Source: Girardia tigrina (taxonomy: Eukaryota). From it: DNA of 64,000 bases. Below the pieces are notes generated by a model, which worked only from the letters and a program-made list of their open reading frames with translations, had not been told where the DNA came from and ran no database searches. Made by a program: the position numbers and the translations under genes. Location of the stretch: contig MQRK01238503.1 of NCBI GenBank assembly GCA_001938485.1, positions 1-64,000 on the forward strand, in the 5' to 3' direction. Shown one piece after another: positions 39,644-52,253 of the stretch. The stretch's first letter is position 1, and every line of letters starts with the position of its first letter.

Positions 39644-42600
39644 TCATATAAAAAAGTTAAAAACCTTGCCTTTACTTTCCATGGTGTTCGCAAATGATTT
39701 TGGTGTATACAGACAACAATTTTTATTTTTCTTGAATTTAACTGAATTTAATTTATTTAATTTTTGAATAATTATTTGGTCAATGAATTGGTCAATGATT
39801 GTCATTATATATTTTTGTCTTCCAAATGATGTATTAAAAGGTTCACAAAAATCAATATGAATTTTTTCAAATAATGAAGTTGGTTTACTTTTAACTACTT
39901 TTTCTTTCGTTTTAATCGTCAACACTTTTCTCTTCTGGCAATTTTCACAACTCTGCACAATTTCTTTAATTTTTTCTTTTCTATTTGTCATATCGAATTT
40001 TCGAGATATGTATTCGTGAACTTTCTTAACTCCCGCGTGGCATAGCAGCTCGTGAATATGGGTTATAATTTGTCTTGTATTTTCTTCAGGAATCCAAATT
40101 TTATCTTTTTGTGTATAAACAATGTTGTTCAATATTTTCCACTTTGTTTCCTTATTATTTTCAATCTCGTTCTTTATATCGCTTATTTCTATTGACATTG
40201 AGCGTAAGTTATACAATCTGTTCTTGATAGTGCATCGGCATTAGAGTGTTCTTCCCCTTTTCTATACTCCATCTGGATATCTAAGCTACTCAAATGATTA
40301 ATCCATGTCTGAAATTGAGGAGTTATGGGTTTCTTTGTTTTCAGCATAAACGTTATGGCTTTGTGATCAGTACGGAGTTTGAAGCGTTTTCCGTACAAAT
40401 AGTGCTTAAAATGTTAGGTAAAATAAAATATAGCTAATAATTCTTTTCTTGTTATGTAATAACCAAGCTCATGCTTATTCATGGCTCGTGATCCATAAGC
40501 TATTGGCTTTTCTCGTCCATTTTCGTCCAATTGTGATAAAACCGCTCTGATTCGGTCAAAACTTGCATCAGTATCCAAGATAAATTCATTTGAAAAATCT
40601 GGAAATGCTAAAACTGGAGCTTTTGTAAGTTCTTTTTTCAAATTTTGAAACGCCTCCTCGCAGTCGTTTGTCCAACAAATTTTATTTTGTGTGCTGCCGC
40701 ATACCGATTCTAGAACTTTCGAATATTTCGTATAATCCTTTATAAATCTTCGATAGTAATTGGTGAGTCCATGGAAACTTCTTAGTTTTTTTAACACATT
40801 TGGGACTTTCGAATTTTTCAATAGCTTCAATTTTTGATTTCTCAGTTTGAATTCCATTTGTATTAATTTGATGACCTAAAAATCTAATTTCTTCTTTCAA
40901 AAAGTGACATTTACTAAGGTTTATTTTCATACCAGCTTCCTTTATCTTTTTAAAAACATTTTCAATTCTTTTATAGTGTTCTTTCAATGAGTTGGAGAAT
41001 ATCAGCATATCATCTAAATAAAACACAGCTTCTTTCCAATTGAGTGGTCCTAGAACTTTATTCATTAATTTTTGAAATGTGACGGGTGCAGCAGCTATAC
41101 CGAACGGCATTTGATTAAAACAATATTGGGAAGATTTAGTTGAAAAAGCTGTTTTTAACTTCGAATCATCACTGAGCTCCACTTGGTAAAATGCGTTACC
41201 AAGATCAATAGTACTAAAATACTTTCCTCCATATAAAATATCCATCATTTCTGTAGTATTAGGAATAGGAAAAATTGGTCGTTCAGTGACTCCATTTAAA
41301 GCTCTATAATACAAACAAATTCTTATATCTTCACTATCTCTTTTCTTTACACACACTAATGGCGAATTCCAAGGTGATTCACATTTACTTATAATACCAT
41401 TGTCTTCCATTTCTTTAATGCTTTTATCAATTCTTTCGATTAAATGATATGGTCGACGCCGAGGATTCATTACGATTGGTTTGCTATTAGTCACTATCTC
41501 ATGTTTTAATAAATTAGTTTTCCCGATATCCCATTTGTGTTTCATTATAATATTTTCATATGTTTTTAATATTNNNNNNNNNNNNNNNNNNNNNNNNNNN
41601 NNNNNNNNNNNNNNNNNNNNNNNNNNNNNNNNNNNNNNNNNNNNNNNNNNNNNNNNNNNNNNNNNNNNNNNNNNNNNNNNNNNNNNNNNNNNNNNNNNNN
41701 NNNNNNNNNNNNNNNNNNNNNNNNNNNNNNNNNNATGCTATATAAAATTCTATTTTTTTCTTAATATTATTTAATTCGACATCCAAATAAACTCTTCCTA
41801 CTATTTCTAAATTACTATCGTTAGCGCATCTTACTTTGGCAAATGATTTATTACACTCAAACTTCCCTATTTTGTTTAACAATTCTTCTTTAATAACACT
41901 TATTCTTGCTCCTGTATCAAGTAGGTACTTATTGTGGATTCCATTGACTTTAATATTGACAATTGGTCTGCCATCGAATTTATCATAATCAATTATTTCA
42001 TTTTTATTATTGAGTCTATTAATNNNNNNNNNNNNNNNNNNNNNNNNNNNNNNNNNNNNNNNNNNNNNNNNNNNNNNNNNNNNNNNNNNNNNNNNNNNNN
42101 NNNNNNNNNNNNNNNNNNNNNNNNTCATCATACAATTTGCAAACATACGTATTATCATTAGATAAATCATTTTCATGAAAATTATCAATATTTAAATTTT
42201 TATAATTATTATTCGAATTATACACGTGAGAATTACTATCAGAAATATTGGTAATTAACACATCATACTTTTTCTCATCATACAAATCATCATCATACAA
42301 TTTATCAGTCATATCGGCTTTATTCAATATACAACTTACATGATTCAGTGAATCGCCCCGATAACCTCCTCTCGTGGCAGGGCTTTGGCATTTGGGTGTT
42401 TGTCAACCATCTCGGACGAGTCCAGCTCCGAATCTTCGTATTCCACTTGATCATCGAATGCAGCGACTTTATATCTCTGGTATGAATCCTTCCTCCTAGA
42501 CTCGTAGCATTGGTGACGAAAATGTCCGGGCTTCTTGCAATGAGAACATTGAACGTGTGGGCATTGACTTCGAACATGGCCTTTTTCTCTACATGCCCAG

Positions 42601-43370
42601 CATGTTTTTATTCGATGGGACAATTCTCTTCCATGATATGCTTCTTTATTACTATAATTTTGACCCCTTCTGTTAAAATATTGTGTTTGTTTCAGCTTTT
42701 GTGTTTCTCTTCTTTCGCCATTATAGTATATATTTTCCTTGAATCTGATTGGTTGATTATTATATCTTTGATTTGTTTGGACGGCTCTTGCGTAACTTGG
42801 TTTATCCGTTTTTAAAACGGCAACGTTATTTTCTGCTTGTAGTTCCTTTTTTATTAATTCCATTTTTGTTATAATTTGCTTTATTTCTTCATTGCTGGTT
42901 GCGCTTCTCATTTTTATTTCTTTTTTAATGTCCATATCATCTATGGAGTTTTGCAACAGAAATGTGACAAGCGTTTCTTTCGTCAACGTATGACGCAATA
43001 TGTTGTCGGCTAAAATATCAATTTTTTTAAAAAATTGTGCTACCGTTTCTTCTCCTTTTCGATATTTCAAAGCAGCATATAAATCTTTACTGATGTCTGC
43101 TGGTTCTTGAAAAGCTTTTCTAAATCTTTCTTTATAATCTTCAACGGAATCTTCGATTGCTTCATATAGTTTAGCTGCATCAGCTGATAAAAATGCCCTG
43201 ATGAATGTTTTCTGCAGTGGGCCTTGAATTCCAGTCAATTCGTATAATCGTTGAATTTCTTCTAAAAATTCTTCTATATTATCTCCGACATTGAATATTT
43301 TGGGAGTGGGGACAAAAGAATTTAAGTGTCCTGGCGTGGTCGCCATGTTAGAAGACTTCAAGACTGTCAT
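39644..43370 (-). mobile_element. Ty3/Gypsy retrotransposon internal region (gag-PR-RT-RH-partial IN), decayed
   Basis: gag with two CCHC knuckles; LLDTGA protease; YLDD RT; DTDAS RNase H; H-H-C-C integrase zinc finger; frameshifts and stops in pol. Confidence 0.95.
42345..43370 (-). CDS. gag: Gypsy Gag, open 341-aa ORF
   Basis: CWACREKGHVRSQC and CSHCKKPGHFRHQC knuckles. Confidence 0.85.
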   Translation of the reverse strand: MTVLKSSNMATTPGHLNSFVPTPKIFNVGDNIEEFLEEIQRLYELTGIQGPLQKTFIRAFLSADAAKLYEAIEDSVEDYKERFRKAFQEPADISKDLYAALKYRKGEETVAQFFKKIDILADNILRHTLTKETLVTFLLQNSIDDMDIKKEIKMRSATSNEEIKQIITKMELIKKELQAENNVAVLKTDKPSYARAVQTNQRYNNQPIRFKENIYYNGERRETQKLKQTQYFNRRGQNYSNKEAYHGRELSHRIKTCWACREKGHVRSQCPHVQCSHCKKPGHFRHQCYESRRKDSYQRYKVAAFDDQVEYEDSELDSSEMVDKHPNAKALPREEVIGAIH

Positions 43371-43609
43371 AATATTTATTTAAAAGACAATAAGATGAGG
43401 AATATCATCTGTATATATATTGATTAATGCCGTCATCAATCTGGGTCAAACATATACTCATTCATTTCACCATACACACAATTTCGGTCGTGACCTCTTA
43501 CACAACAATACAAAGATCACACCTCAAACATTCCATACATAAATTACGCAGCATACGTTTATTAGTTTCGATAATAATTCTCATCACAGTACAACTTGTC
43601 ATAGCGGGG

Positions 43610-44618
43610 AGAAATCCAAGGAGCGGTTCACAGTATTAATTTGTTGCAATATGTATGGATAAGAAGTGAAAGTTATTTATTATTGGAAAAGCGGCTAAGC
43701 CTCGATGCTTTAAAAATGTTAAGTCTTTTTCTGTCGTGTATCGGCATAACAAAAAGTCATGTATAACGGGTGATCTATTTATCGAATTGTTCAGACAATT
43801 TGATAAACAACTGAACAATTCAAAAAGCAAAGTTGCAATGGTGGTGGACAACTGTGCAGCTCATCCACATGTACAAGGCCTTGATTGTATAGAGCTTGTA
43901 TTCCTACCTCCTAGAACAACATCATCCACTTAACCATTGGACATGGGAATTATTAAATGTCTAAAATCTTTGTATCGCAATAAATTACTTTCGAGATTAA
44001 TTTCCTCAATTGACGATAAAACTGAATTTCGCACAAGCATTTTAGATGACATGCATCGCCTACATGCATCTTGGTTACATATTTCATCAACGAAAATTGT
44101 TAACTGTTTCGCCCATACTGGATTTAAACTCAATTTACCCGAACCGACAACATCTGATAATGTTGATGTTAACATTCATAATACTGCAATTGATTTTGGA
44201 ACATTTTTGAAAAATTCGACGCTTCAGGTTTTGTTTGTAACACCACTAATTTGACGGATTATGTATCACTGGATTCTAACCTTGATATCTGCACTATGGA
44301 TGCGGATGATGACATAATTCTCTGAGCTAAAAGTACTGAACATGTCGATGATGATTTGGATGATTGTAGTAATGACGATGATGATATGGACGCTGATGAA
44401 TCAGTTCCAACCCATTTGGCGGTTCGAAATCCAGTTCATACTTTGCGTTGCTATGTCCAATGAGTGGGAAATGCCGAAGATATGTTACTTAACATAATTT
44501 GGAAATATTTATTACAACCTCCCATGATGCAATGAAAGTACAGTCTAAAGTCGATAATTTGGATAAACTCGATTAATTATAAAGGTCCCTTCCTAATCGA
44601 GTTAACCAGGTTTCATTG
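43610..44618 (+). mobile_element. Tigger/pogo DDE remnant; probable left end at ~39159, split by the Gypsy insertion
   Basis: KSKERFTVLIC, VVDNCAAH, LVFLPPRTTS, PLDMGIIK; terminal CATTG. Confidence 0.85.
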
Positions 44619-45432
44619 CATATTCTTCTATATTAACTGTTGCTCCACATAATTAAATTCGTCACCTTTTTGTTTGCAATGAAGACTCAAAGCATAAAAT
44701 TATTGCTAAACTTTTCTGTTACACTCAGACAGTCAACATTAAATTTCTCGTCATTGCTCATCTAATTATTAATTTTGCTATTATTCTCAAAGACTTTAAA
44801 CTTCTTTTCAACCTATAAGAAAACATGAAACCAACCCTCTTAAGTAAAACAATTATATCTTTCCGAAAATTCACGTTTATTTACATTTTTGGGTGATTAT
44901 TATCCTACATTTACATATTGGCCTTTACTTCTTGAATCCTAAATAAGAAAGGTTGAAATAGTTGTATCATTTTTCTAACTTGAACATTGTAGTTAACTAA
45001 ATTTTCTGTGAGCATTAGCTTAGTTTGTAAGACAAAAATATTGTCTATCGGAAAAATTCTTTTTTAGCCTTCCAATTAAATGACTCAGTCGCAACAAACA
45101 TTTTATTGATAAACTCACTTGTTTGTGTTGAATATTTAACTTTCACGATATTTGTTGTTGCAATTGCATTCTTCGTGCAACACTGATATTTTTCCATGTA
45201 CAACTTTAGAAATACCCATCATTCAACCTGACACCGTTTCAGTGACGCATTAAAATTTTTTCAAACTGTACAAGCTTATAAACAAATGTTCATATAGTCT
45301 CATGATAACAAAATGGGGCAATCAGAAAATAATAATCACAAAAATAAATTTTGAAAAATGGCCTCCAAAATTAATCAAAAATTGTTGTATATTAATAATT
45401 CATCAAAATTGTAATCTGATATCTAAACCTAC

Positions 45433-45665
45433 TTCAAACGATATATTAATCCAATTATAAAAACCTTGGTGAACATGACAACTGGATGGATTCAAAACGG
45501 AATCGTTTTTGTAAATCGAAATCGATCGAGGAAAGAGGAAAACCGTTAATAAAATCATAAATATTAAACAAATCACAACGGCAATTGTTATTTTCAATAC
45601 AACACGTTTAGGCTTCAGTCTTTTATCATTTAAAGGAATCAATGCGATATATTCAGCCTCGGAAT
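45433..45665 (-). pseudogene. TMEM106-family exon (transmembrane segment); rest of the gene degenerate or absent
   Basis: EYIALIPLNDKRLKPKR-TM-FLFPRSI matches the TMEM106 ALIPxxDxRLxPxR...FLFPRSI signature; AG acceptor and GTAGG donor. Confidence 0.75.
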
Positions 45666-47374
45666 CTTTTTGGAAACAAAAATTAATTCTTTTTATTATT
45701 TATTGGTTGGGGTACTGTTCCATTCTTAGCCCCAACAAGAAAAATATTTTTTCAAATTTATTTCTTTGCCAGTATTTTTAAAATGATTTATCTTTAATTT
45801 TCATTAAAATAAATTTTATTGAAAAACATTTTTTTTAAAATATTTTTATCCTAAAAAATAATGTTATGATCAGAGTAATACGTGGTGTGCCGATAGAGTA
45901 AGTTTCATCTGAATCCCATAGAGCTAATGTTGTGTTACACACAGACGACTAAGAAACGCGACTTATTGACGCTTTGATATATTTTTATTTTGTGAAAACT
46001 TTCAAAAAAATTATTCTAATTCATTATAATGACCGAAAATCAAAATTTGTAAATAATAATTCTTTTATTTATTAAAATTATTTTAAAACAATATTTTGAT
46101 GATGTGTTCCGATTACGCATACATAGAACTTAATAGATACAACAAGAATTATTACACTTTTAGTTGAAAATATTTGTTCGGTTTCGTTTTTGAATAAAAT
46201 TTTCGATAAAATATTTTTTCTTTAAATGTTAGTTATAAAAGTAAGAAAAAATTTTATTAACGTCAAAGTAAAAAAAATTAACGATATATATANNNNNNNN
46301 NNNNNNNNNNNNNNNNNNNNNNNNNNNNNNNNNNNNNNNNNNNNNNNNNNNNNNNNNNNNNNNNNNNNNNNNNNNNNNNNNNNNNNNNNNNNNNNATATA
46401 TATATATATATATATATATATTCGTTAAAAGTTATGTTTTTGTTTTAACGAAAAACGGTAACTCCGTAATTGGGTGTTGTAATGTTATAATAATAAATTC
46501 TGCTATCAAAGAAATATTGATTTATTATCAAGAAAATTATTCATGACATTTGACTATATTTTTAATGCGGATTATCTTGTAAAGACATTTGAAGATAATC
46601 TTGTAATAATTCCCAATCAGAGATTGCATATCAAAATTTGTGAAGACATTCATGATAAATCGTATGAATTAATGAGAATATTTCAAAGTTGTAGAAACAG
46701 TATGGAAACGATGTTTTGGAAAATAATCACCAACAAACACGGTGTCAAACCGACCACTGGTGTTCACGAAAGCGACAGTGATTTGCAATTACAGAGAATT
46801 GACGTTTACTTTACTTGGTTGAATTGAATAGTGCCACTCTCGATTACGCTCTGAATTCGAATCTTGGTGAATTGTTTCAACCAGATTATTTCATCTGTGG
46901 TTCCTCAAGTGATTCCAACAAGTGCGAAAGAAAGACCAAGTATTCAGATATTCCCAAGTCGGTCGGCGCTTTCGGACGATTAATGAACGTATGTCCTTGT
47001 GTAATTATTATATTTATTTATATAAAAATGAATAATAATAATAATAATAAAAATAATAAAAATATTAACAAAAATAAAAACAATAAAGATAGAAATTTTA
47101 GCAAAAATATAGATGATAATAATAATAATAATAAATTAGACAACGATGCAATCGAACTCACTCATCTCCCTTGATGACCCGCTGGGGGTCAAGATATGAT
47201 AAGTGCTTCCACTGCGCTGCTGCCACAACAATATTTTTAGAAAACTTAGAATATGATTTATGTAATTTTAATTATTGTATTTTTAGTTTTTTTGATTTCA
47301 GTTAATTAAAAATCTGATTGTTAAAATTTTTTAAAAACAAAAAGCTTATTTGTATCTAAAGGTAAAATTATAAT

Positions 47375-47965
47375 TGTGAGGAATATTTTAAATTTGGTAT
47401 GTTGAAATTGGTTTGTTGAATTTTCTATGTTGTGTTTAGTATTTGGAAATGTGTTTCTCCCACCCAGATGGAAAATTGATATTTTGGGTGTTCACGATAA
47501 TTAATTATTCGAGTATAATTTGAATTTTAAAGTACAGCATAAGATATTTAAAAAACTTTAAAAATATTAAATCGTTTCAAATTTTAATATTAAAAATTTA
47601 AATAAAGTAAATAACTTTTAACTAAGTTTTAAATTAAATAAATGTTCTTTCTTTACATAAAATCATTTTTTAAATAAAATTAATATGTAAATAAAATAAA
47701 TAATAAAATTACAAAATTTGAACTTTATAAATAAAATCTGAAAATAATGAAAATTTGTTCGAATAATTGTTTATTAACAAACATTAATAAAAAATTATCA
47801 ATTTAGAACGATGTCGAATGACGAGAGTTTTGCTGAGAATTGTCCAAAAGACAATTCTGACTGTATTGAAAATAAAAGTTCGGAAACCCATGTTGGTGTT
47901 CTTAATAATAATGAAATAGAAAAATCCGAAAATTTTCAAAAAATTAAAATAATAATAAATTAAAC
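47375..47965 (+). repeat. TGTGAGGAA-family repeat, copy 5, with short ORF at 47811
   Basis: Aligns to 155-447 (reverse complement); ORF MSNDESFAENCPKDNSDCIENKSSETHVGVLN. Confidence 0.75.
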
Positions 47966-48879
47966 ATTAAATGAGAGGAATTCAAAAAAATCAATCTGCA
48001 TGAACTATGTTGATAAGAGAGGAAACATCAAATAATGTCGAAAGATTCTTTTTCTCATTTGACTAAGATATTGTTGGATCATTACTAATCACTATCAATA
48101 AAGTATAAATTTTAATCCGTTTACTGGTTTTATTATTTATTTTAAATTTGTTATTAAAACTTTTACTAATTATTTTTCTTTTAAAATATATTGATTACAA
48201 TTAATCTTAACTTTACAGATTTTTAAACTCTAATTGTTTTACGTAATTATTTATTTTGATGGTTTTTTTAAATCCTTTTTGATGTTTCAGTTTTATAAAC
48301 GATTTGTTCAATAACTAAATTCACCCATAACGCACCAAGAAAATCTAGAAAAATGCACAAAAAATACTGGCAGCGAAATAATTTGGAAACATTTTTTTTC
48401 TTGACAAAAGGGAACGGAAAAAAATTTCTTATTACGAACCTTTCGATATTCTCCCGGCACCTTCGCAAGTCGGACACAACACAACTTTTAAGCTCTCATT
48501 GAGAGAATTACTGGAGCTATTATTTAAAGAAGGATTTAGGAATGATAACGAACTAATCGATCTCAGCTTGAGTTTTCTTAGCATTTTTGAAAAGGTTAAT
48601 TTATATCAATTATTTAAACAAAGCAATTTTGAATTTTAATTTTGTTTGATGAAAATGTTACGAAAGTTTGATTTTTTGTATATAAATGATTAATTAGTCT
48701 TTTTGAATCAAAACAAAAATTATAAATTAAATAGAAAACAATTGTATTTAAATTTGTATTTCTTTTTTATGTCTTTCATAACTTTGAATTTTCGGTATCT
48801 TTTCGTAAGAATTTCGTAATTTTTGAATTCCTTATAAATTAATTTTCATTTAATAATGTCTTTGTCATGAAGAATTTTC

Positions 48880-50735
48880 AAAAAATTATTCATTTTCAGG
48901 AGTGACTTTCCACTCTTCCACGATTTGCGCGTGTTAAAAAACAACTCTTTCGTAGTTTAGGTGTAGAAAGGGCGCTTCAGATACCGGCTTTCTTCATAAT
49001 CATTAGACACAAATTAATTCAATCAAAAACATTCGCATCGTGCATTATAGTTTGAGATTTTATCGTTATCCCGTATGTAGTCCTTCGATTTTCCTTGAAT
49101 AATCGAACCATTCGAATTGTACAAATTTCAGTAGTGTAAGTAACATTCATTTTTTTACTATTTTACTTTAAAAAAATATTGTTTCATCTCATAGGAAGAT
49201 TTGAGGCAAGATTTATGGTTGCTGTTGTTAGGAGTTAATGTTTTTGAATAATTTGGTACTTCCGAATTAATTTCATCCAACAGATCCAATTCGCCATCCA
49301 GTGACTGATCGAAATATTCCAAATCGTTTACTTCTGCTCATCACTTGTTATGGAATTCGTGTCTTCATTTTCTTCAATTTAGAATTCTGAGATTGTTTAC
49401 GTAATTCATCAAGGAATAGTTCTATTTTCTTCGAATTCAAAAGTAATTTATTATTGGTGGCAACCCCATTGCAACTGTTGGCCACAGGGGATATTGGTGG
49501 TTTGGAATGTGAAGCATTTGGTAAAGACTTTTTATTTATTTAAATCTTGCTTACTGGTAATCGATATTCCTCGAATTCTTTACACAAAATCGATTTTATT
49601 TCTCTTTGGTGTTTATTTGCACTATTAATCGATCGATTCGCGCCAGATGACACTCGAAATTCTTTGAAATTCCAAACCGTGTTATTATTATTATTGTTAG
49701 GGTTTCGAAAAATACATATGAACACTTTTGATAAAATTTTATGTAAGAAAAATTTTCAAATAATTCTTTTAGTAAAATTATTAATTTCAAATAAAATAAT
49801 ATTTAGTTTAACAAAATTTGGAATCTAAAATTAAAAATATTTTAGTCTTTGTTTTACTTTGTCAATTTTCAAGGCTGATGAAAATTACTATATAAACAGC
49901 AGCAAATTTAGTCTAGTTTGCCCAAAAAATTCTCTCATCAAAAAACAAAAGGAAGCAAGTAAACTCATAGAATTATTTTTGTTATGTATTAATCTTTTTA
50001 AAATATTATTCTTTTTAAACCATAAGTATCCCGTATGGGAGAAGAAGGTTTAATTTAATTTTAAACATTCGTTCGTTTTGGAGATTCACAGTTTTTGCTG
50101 TAATCTGTTAACTCGTACGAAATAAGGTTTTGTGTTTGGTGTTCTGTCATCAAGAATTGAATTATTATTATTATTTTTGAATTTTTAATTTTTGTTATTT
50201 GAAATAAAGTTTCATAAAAGAATTTGTGTTCATTGTCTATATATTTATGTTGGAAGTCTTTTCTGATTAATTGGAGTCAGATTTAAAATTAAAGATTTCA
50301 GATTAAAGATTAAAGAATAAAGATTGGTGTTTTAAAAAGTAAATAATTATATTAAATATTTCTAATACCCAACATTATTATTATTCGAATCAATTTTTGT
50401 CGGAAAGAAACTGTTTTGTTTGTCTTTCGCGATTAATCGATTCTGAGTCATATCGATTGACAAAAAGAGGCGCTGGTTCTTATGGCAGTTGCAATTGTTA
50501 TTCCACTGCAGACAATAGTTCATCGGTGTTCCTATGGCGATTTGAGGCAATCGCAATTATCGGGTTGATTATCGATCGATTTACAATCGACATTCGTGTT
50601 GTCGTTGGTTCTGTTGGAAATTGTCTCGAGCGACCTTTCCAGTTGAAATCGGAATGGTATATCGAGTGATTGCGACAGGCGCTTCATTTGATCGAGAGAA
50701 TGTTTTCGACTGAAATCGGTATTTATAAATGACAT
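48880..50735 (-). pseudogene. Putative multi-exon gene or pseudogene of unknown product with tiny introns
   Basis: Coding-like blocks separated by candidate GT-AG introns 49528-49554 (27 nt) and 49372-49400 (29 nt); a stop or frameshift follows. Confidence 0.35.
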
Positions 50736-51335
50736 CACTGGTTTTTTTATTGTAAGATTTTTACGAATTTTTATTTTGTTTTGAAGTGGAAATATAGCGG
50801 TTGGTTTGGTTTTTATTTTGAAAAAAATAAAATTTATGATTTTGAATATTACAAAGTTGAAATTTCGCAAAATCTCACTGATAGTTTAAGCTGACAAAAG
50901 ACGATTTTTAATTAATTGTATTTTTTTATTTGAAATTGAAAAAAATGTGACAATAGTCACGTACATAACCTTGATTACATTGATTCATTAAAACAAATTT
51001 TATTTTTTATAATAATTTTCTCGAAATTGTTTTTTTAACATTGTGACAAAAATTTTTCATAGAAATTTTTTCAACACACACATACAATTATAACTAATTA
51101 TATTCACACATACATATTAAATAATTGGTTGGTTCACATTAACAAAGAAAAATCAATACAAATTCAAATCTGATCGATGATTTCATTGTTCGATGTGTGA
51201 TTTGATTTTTCGAAAACAATATTTTTGCGAATGGAGAAATTTTGAATTAATTTACTTGTCGTGATATTTGTACGAAAACGGCGTAATGATATTTGACATT
51301 CGAAAAGAAATAATTGATATCTTCGAAAACAGAAA

Positions 51336-51377
<42 letters not shown>

Positions 51378-52253
51378 TTTTTCTTTTAACTTTACTCTAA
51401 TTATTTAATAATATTTTTTTACTTTACTTTAATCACTTTGGAATTATTTATTTAATTATTAATTTGATTTTACTTTTAATTATTTTTTAATTAATTATTT
51501 TATTTAATTTATTTATTTAATTCACTTTAAATTTATCATTTTTATTTATTCTTTTACTTATTTAATTTAATTTTACTTAATTTTATTTATTTAATGTTTT
51601 AATTTAAATTGGGCTCAAGTAAGGGTCAAAAATAATCGCAACGCGATCAATTATTAATTAACTAATTTATTCGAAACACATATTCCTCTAAAAAAACTTA
51701 CTCAGGAATGCCTAAATTAGTTGGACAAAAATTCTTTTTGATAAATTAAATAGAAGTGCCAATTAAATCCATAAATCTTAAATTATCATTCAATCAGAAA
51801 AACGAAAATGCATTTTTTTAAATAACAAATAAAGAAAAAAGGCTCATTCAAAATGCGGAAGAGTACCTGACGAACGAAAGAGCAGCGAAGAATTCGATTT
51901 TCACACAAATCACCTTTTTGATTTCTGACACCTGAGAACCGTGATCGAGCAAACTACACCGTAGTTGCATCACATCGAAACACATATTAATATCAGAATC
52001 GATTAAATTGTTTAAAATTGTGAATTTAAAATCGAATTTTGGTGATTTCTTTTTCGCTTAAATTAATATTGAAAAAAAAGAAAATTTTAATTTGCTAGTT
52101 TTTTTGAAAAAAATAATTGATAAAGAAATTTAGATAACTAAAAGATATTTGATTTTAAATTTTAACGTCCAAGTTAATCAGATATCAAAAGTAGCTTCAT
52201 ATTATTATTGTAGTAGTTCTAGTTAAAATGACTAAAAAATTTATCTTTATTAG

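Noticed and set aside
46543-47174. Two adjacent plus-strand ORFs
   Set aside because: No recognisable homology; the second ends in an AAT microsatellite
51716-51730. ATTAG-T-TGGACA as another family left end
   Set aside because: There is an extra base and no downstream similarity
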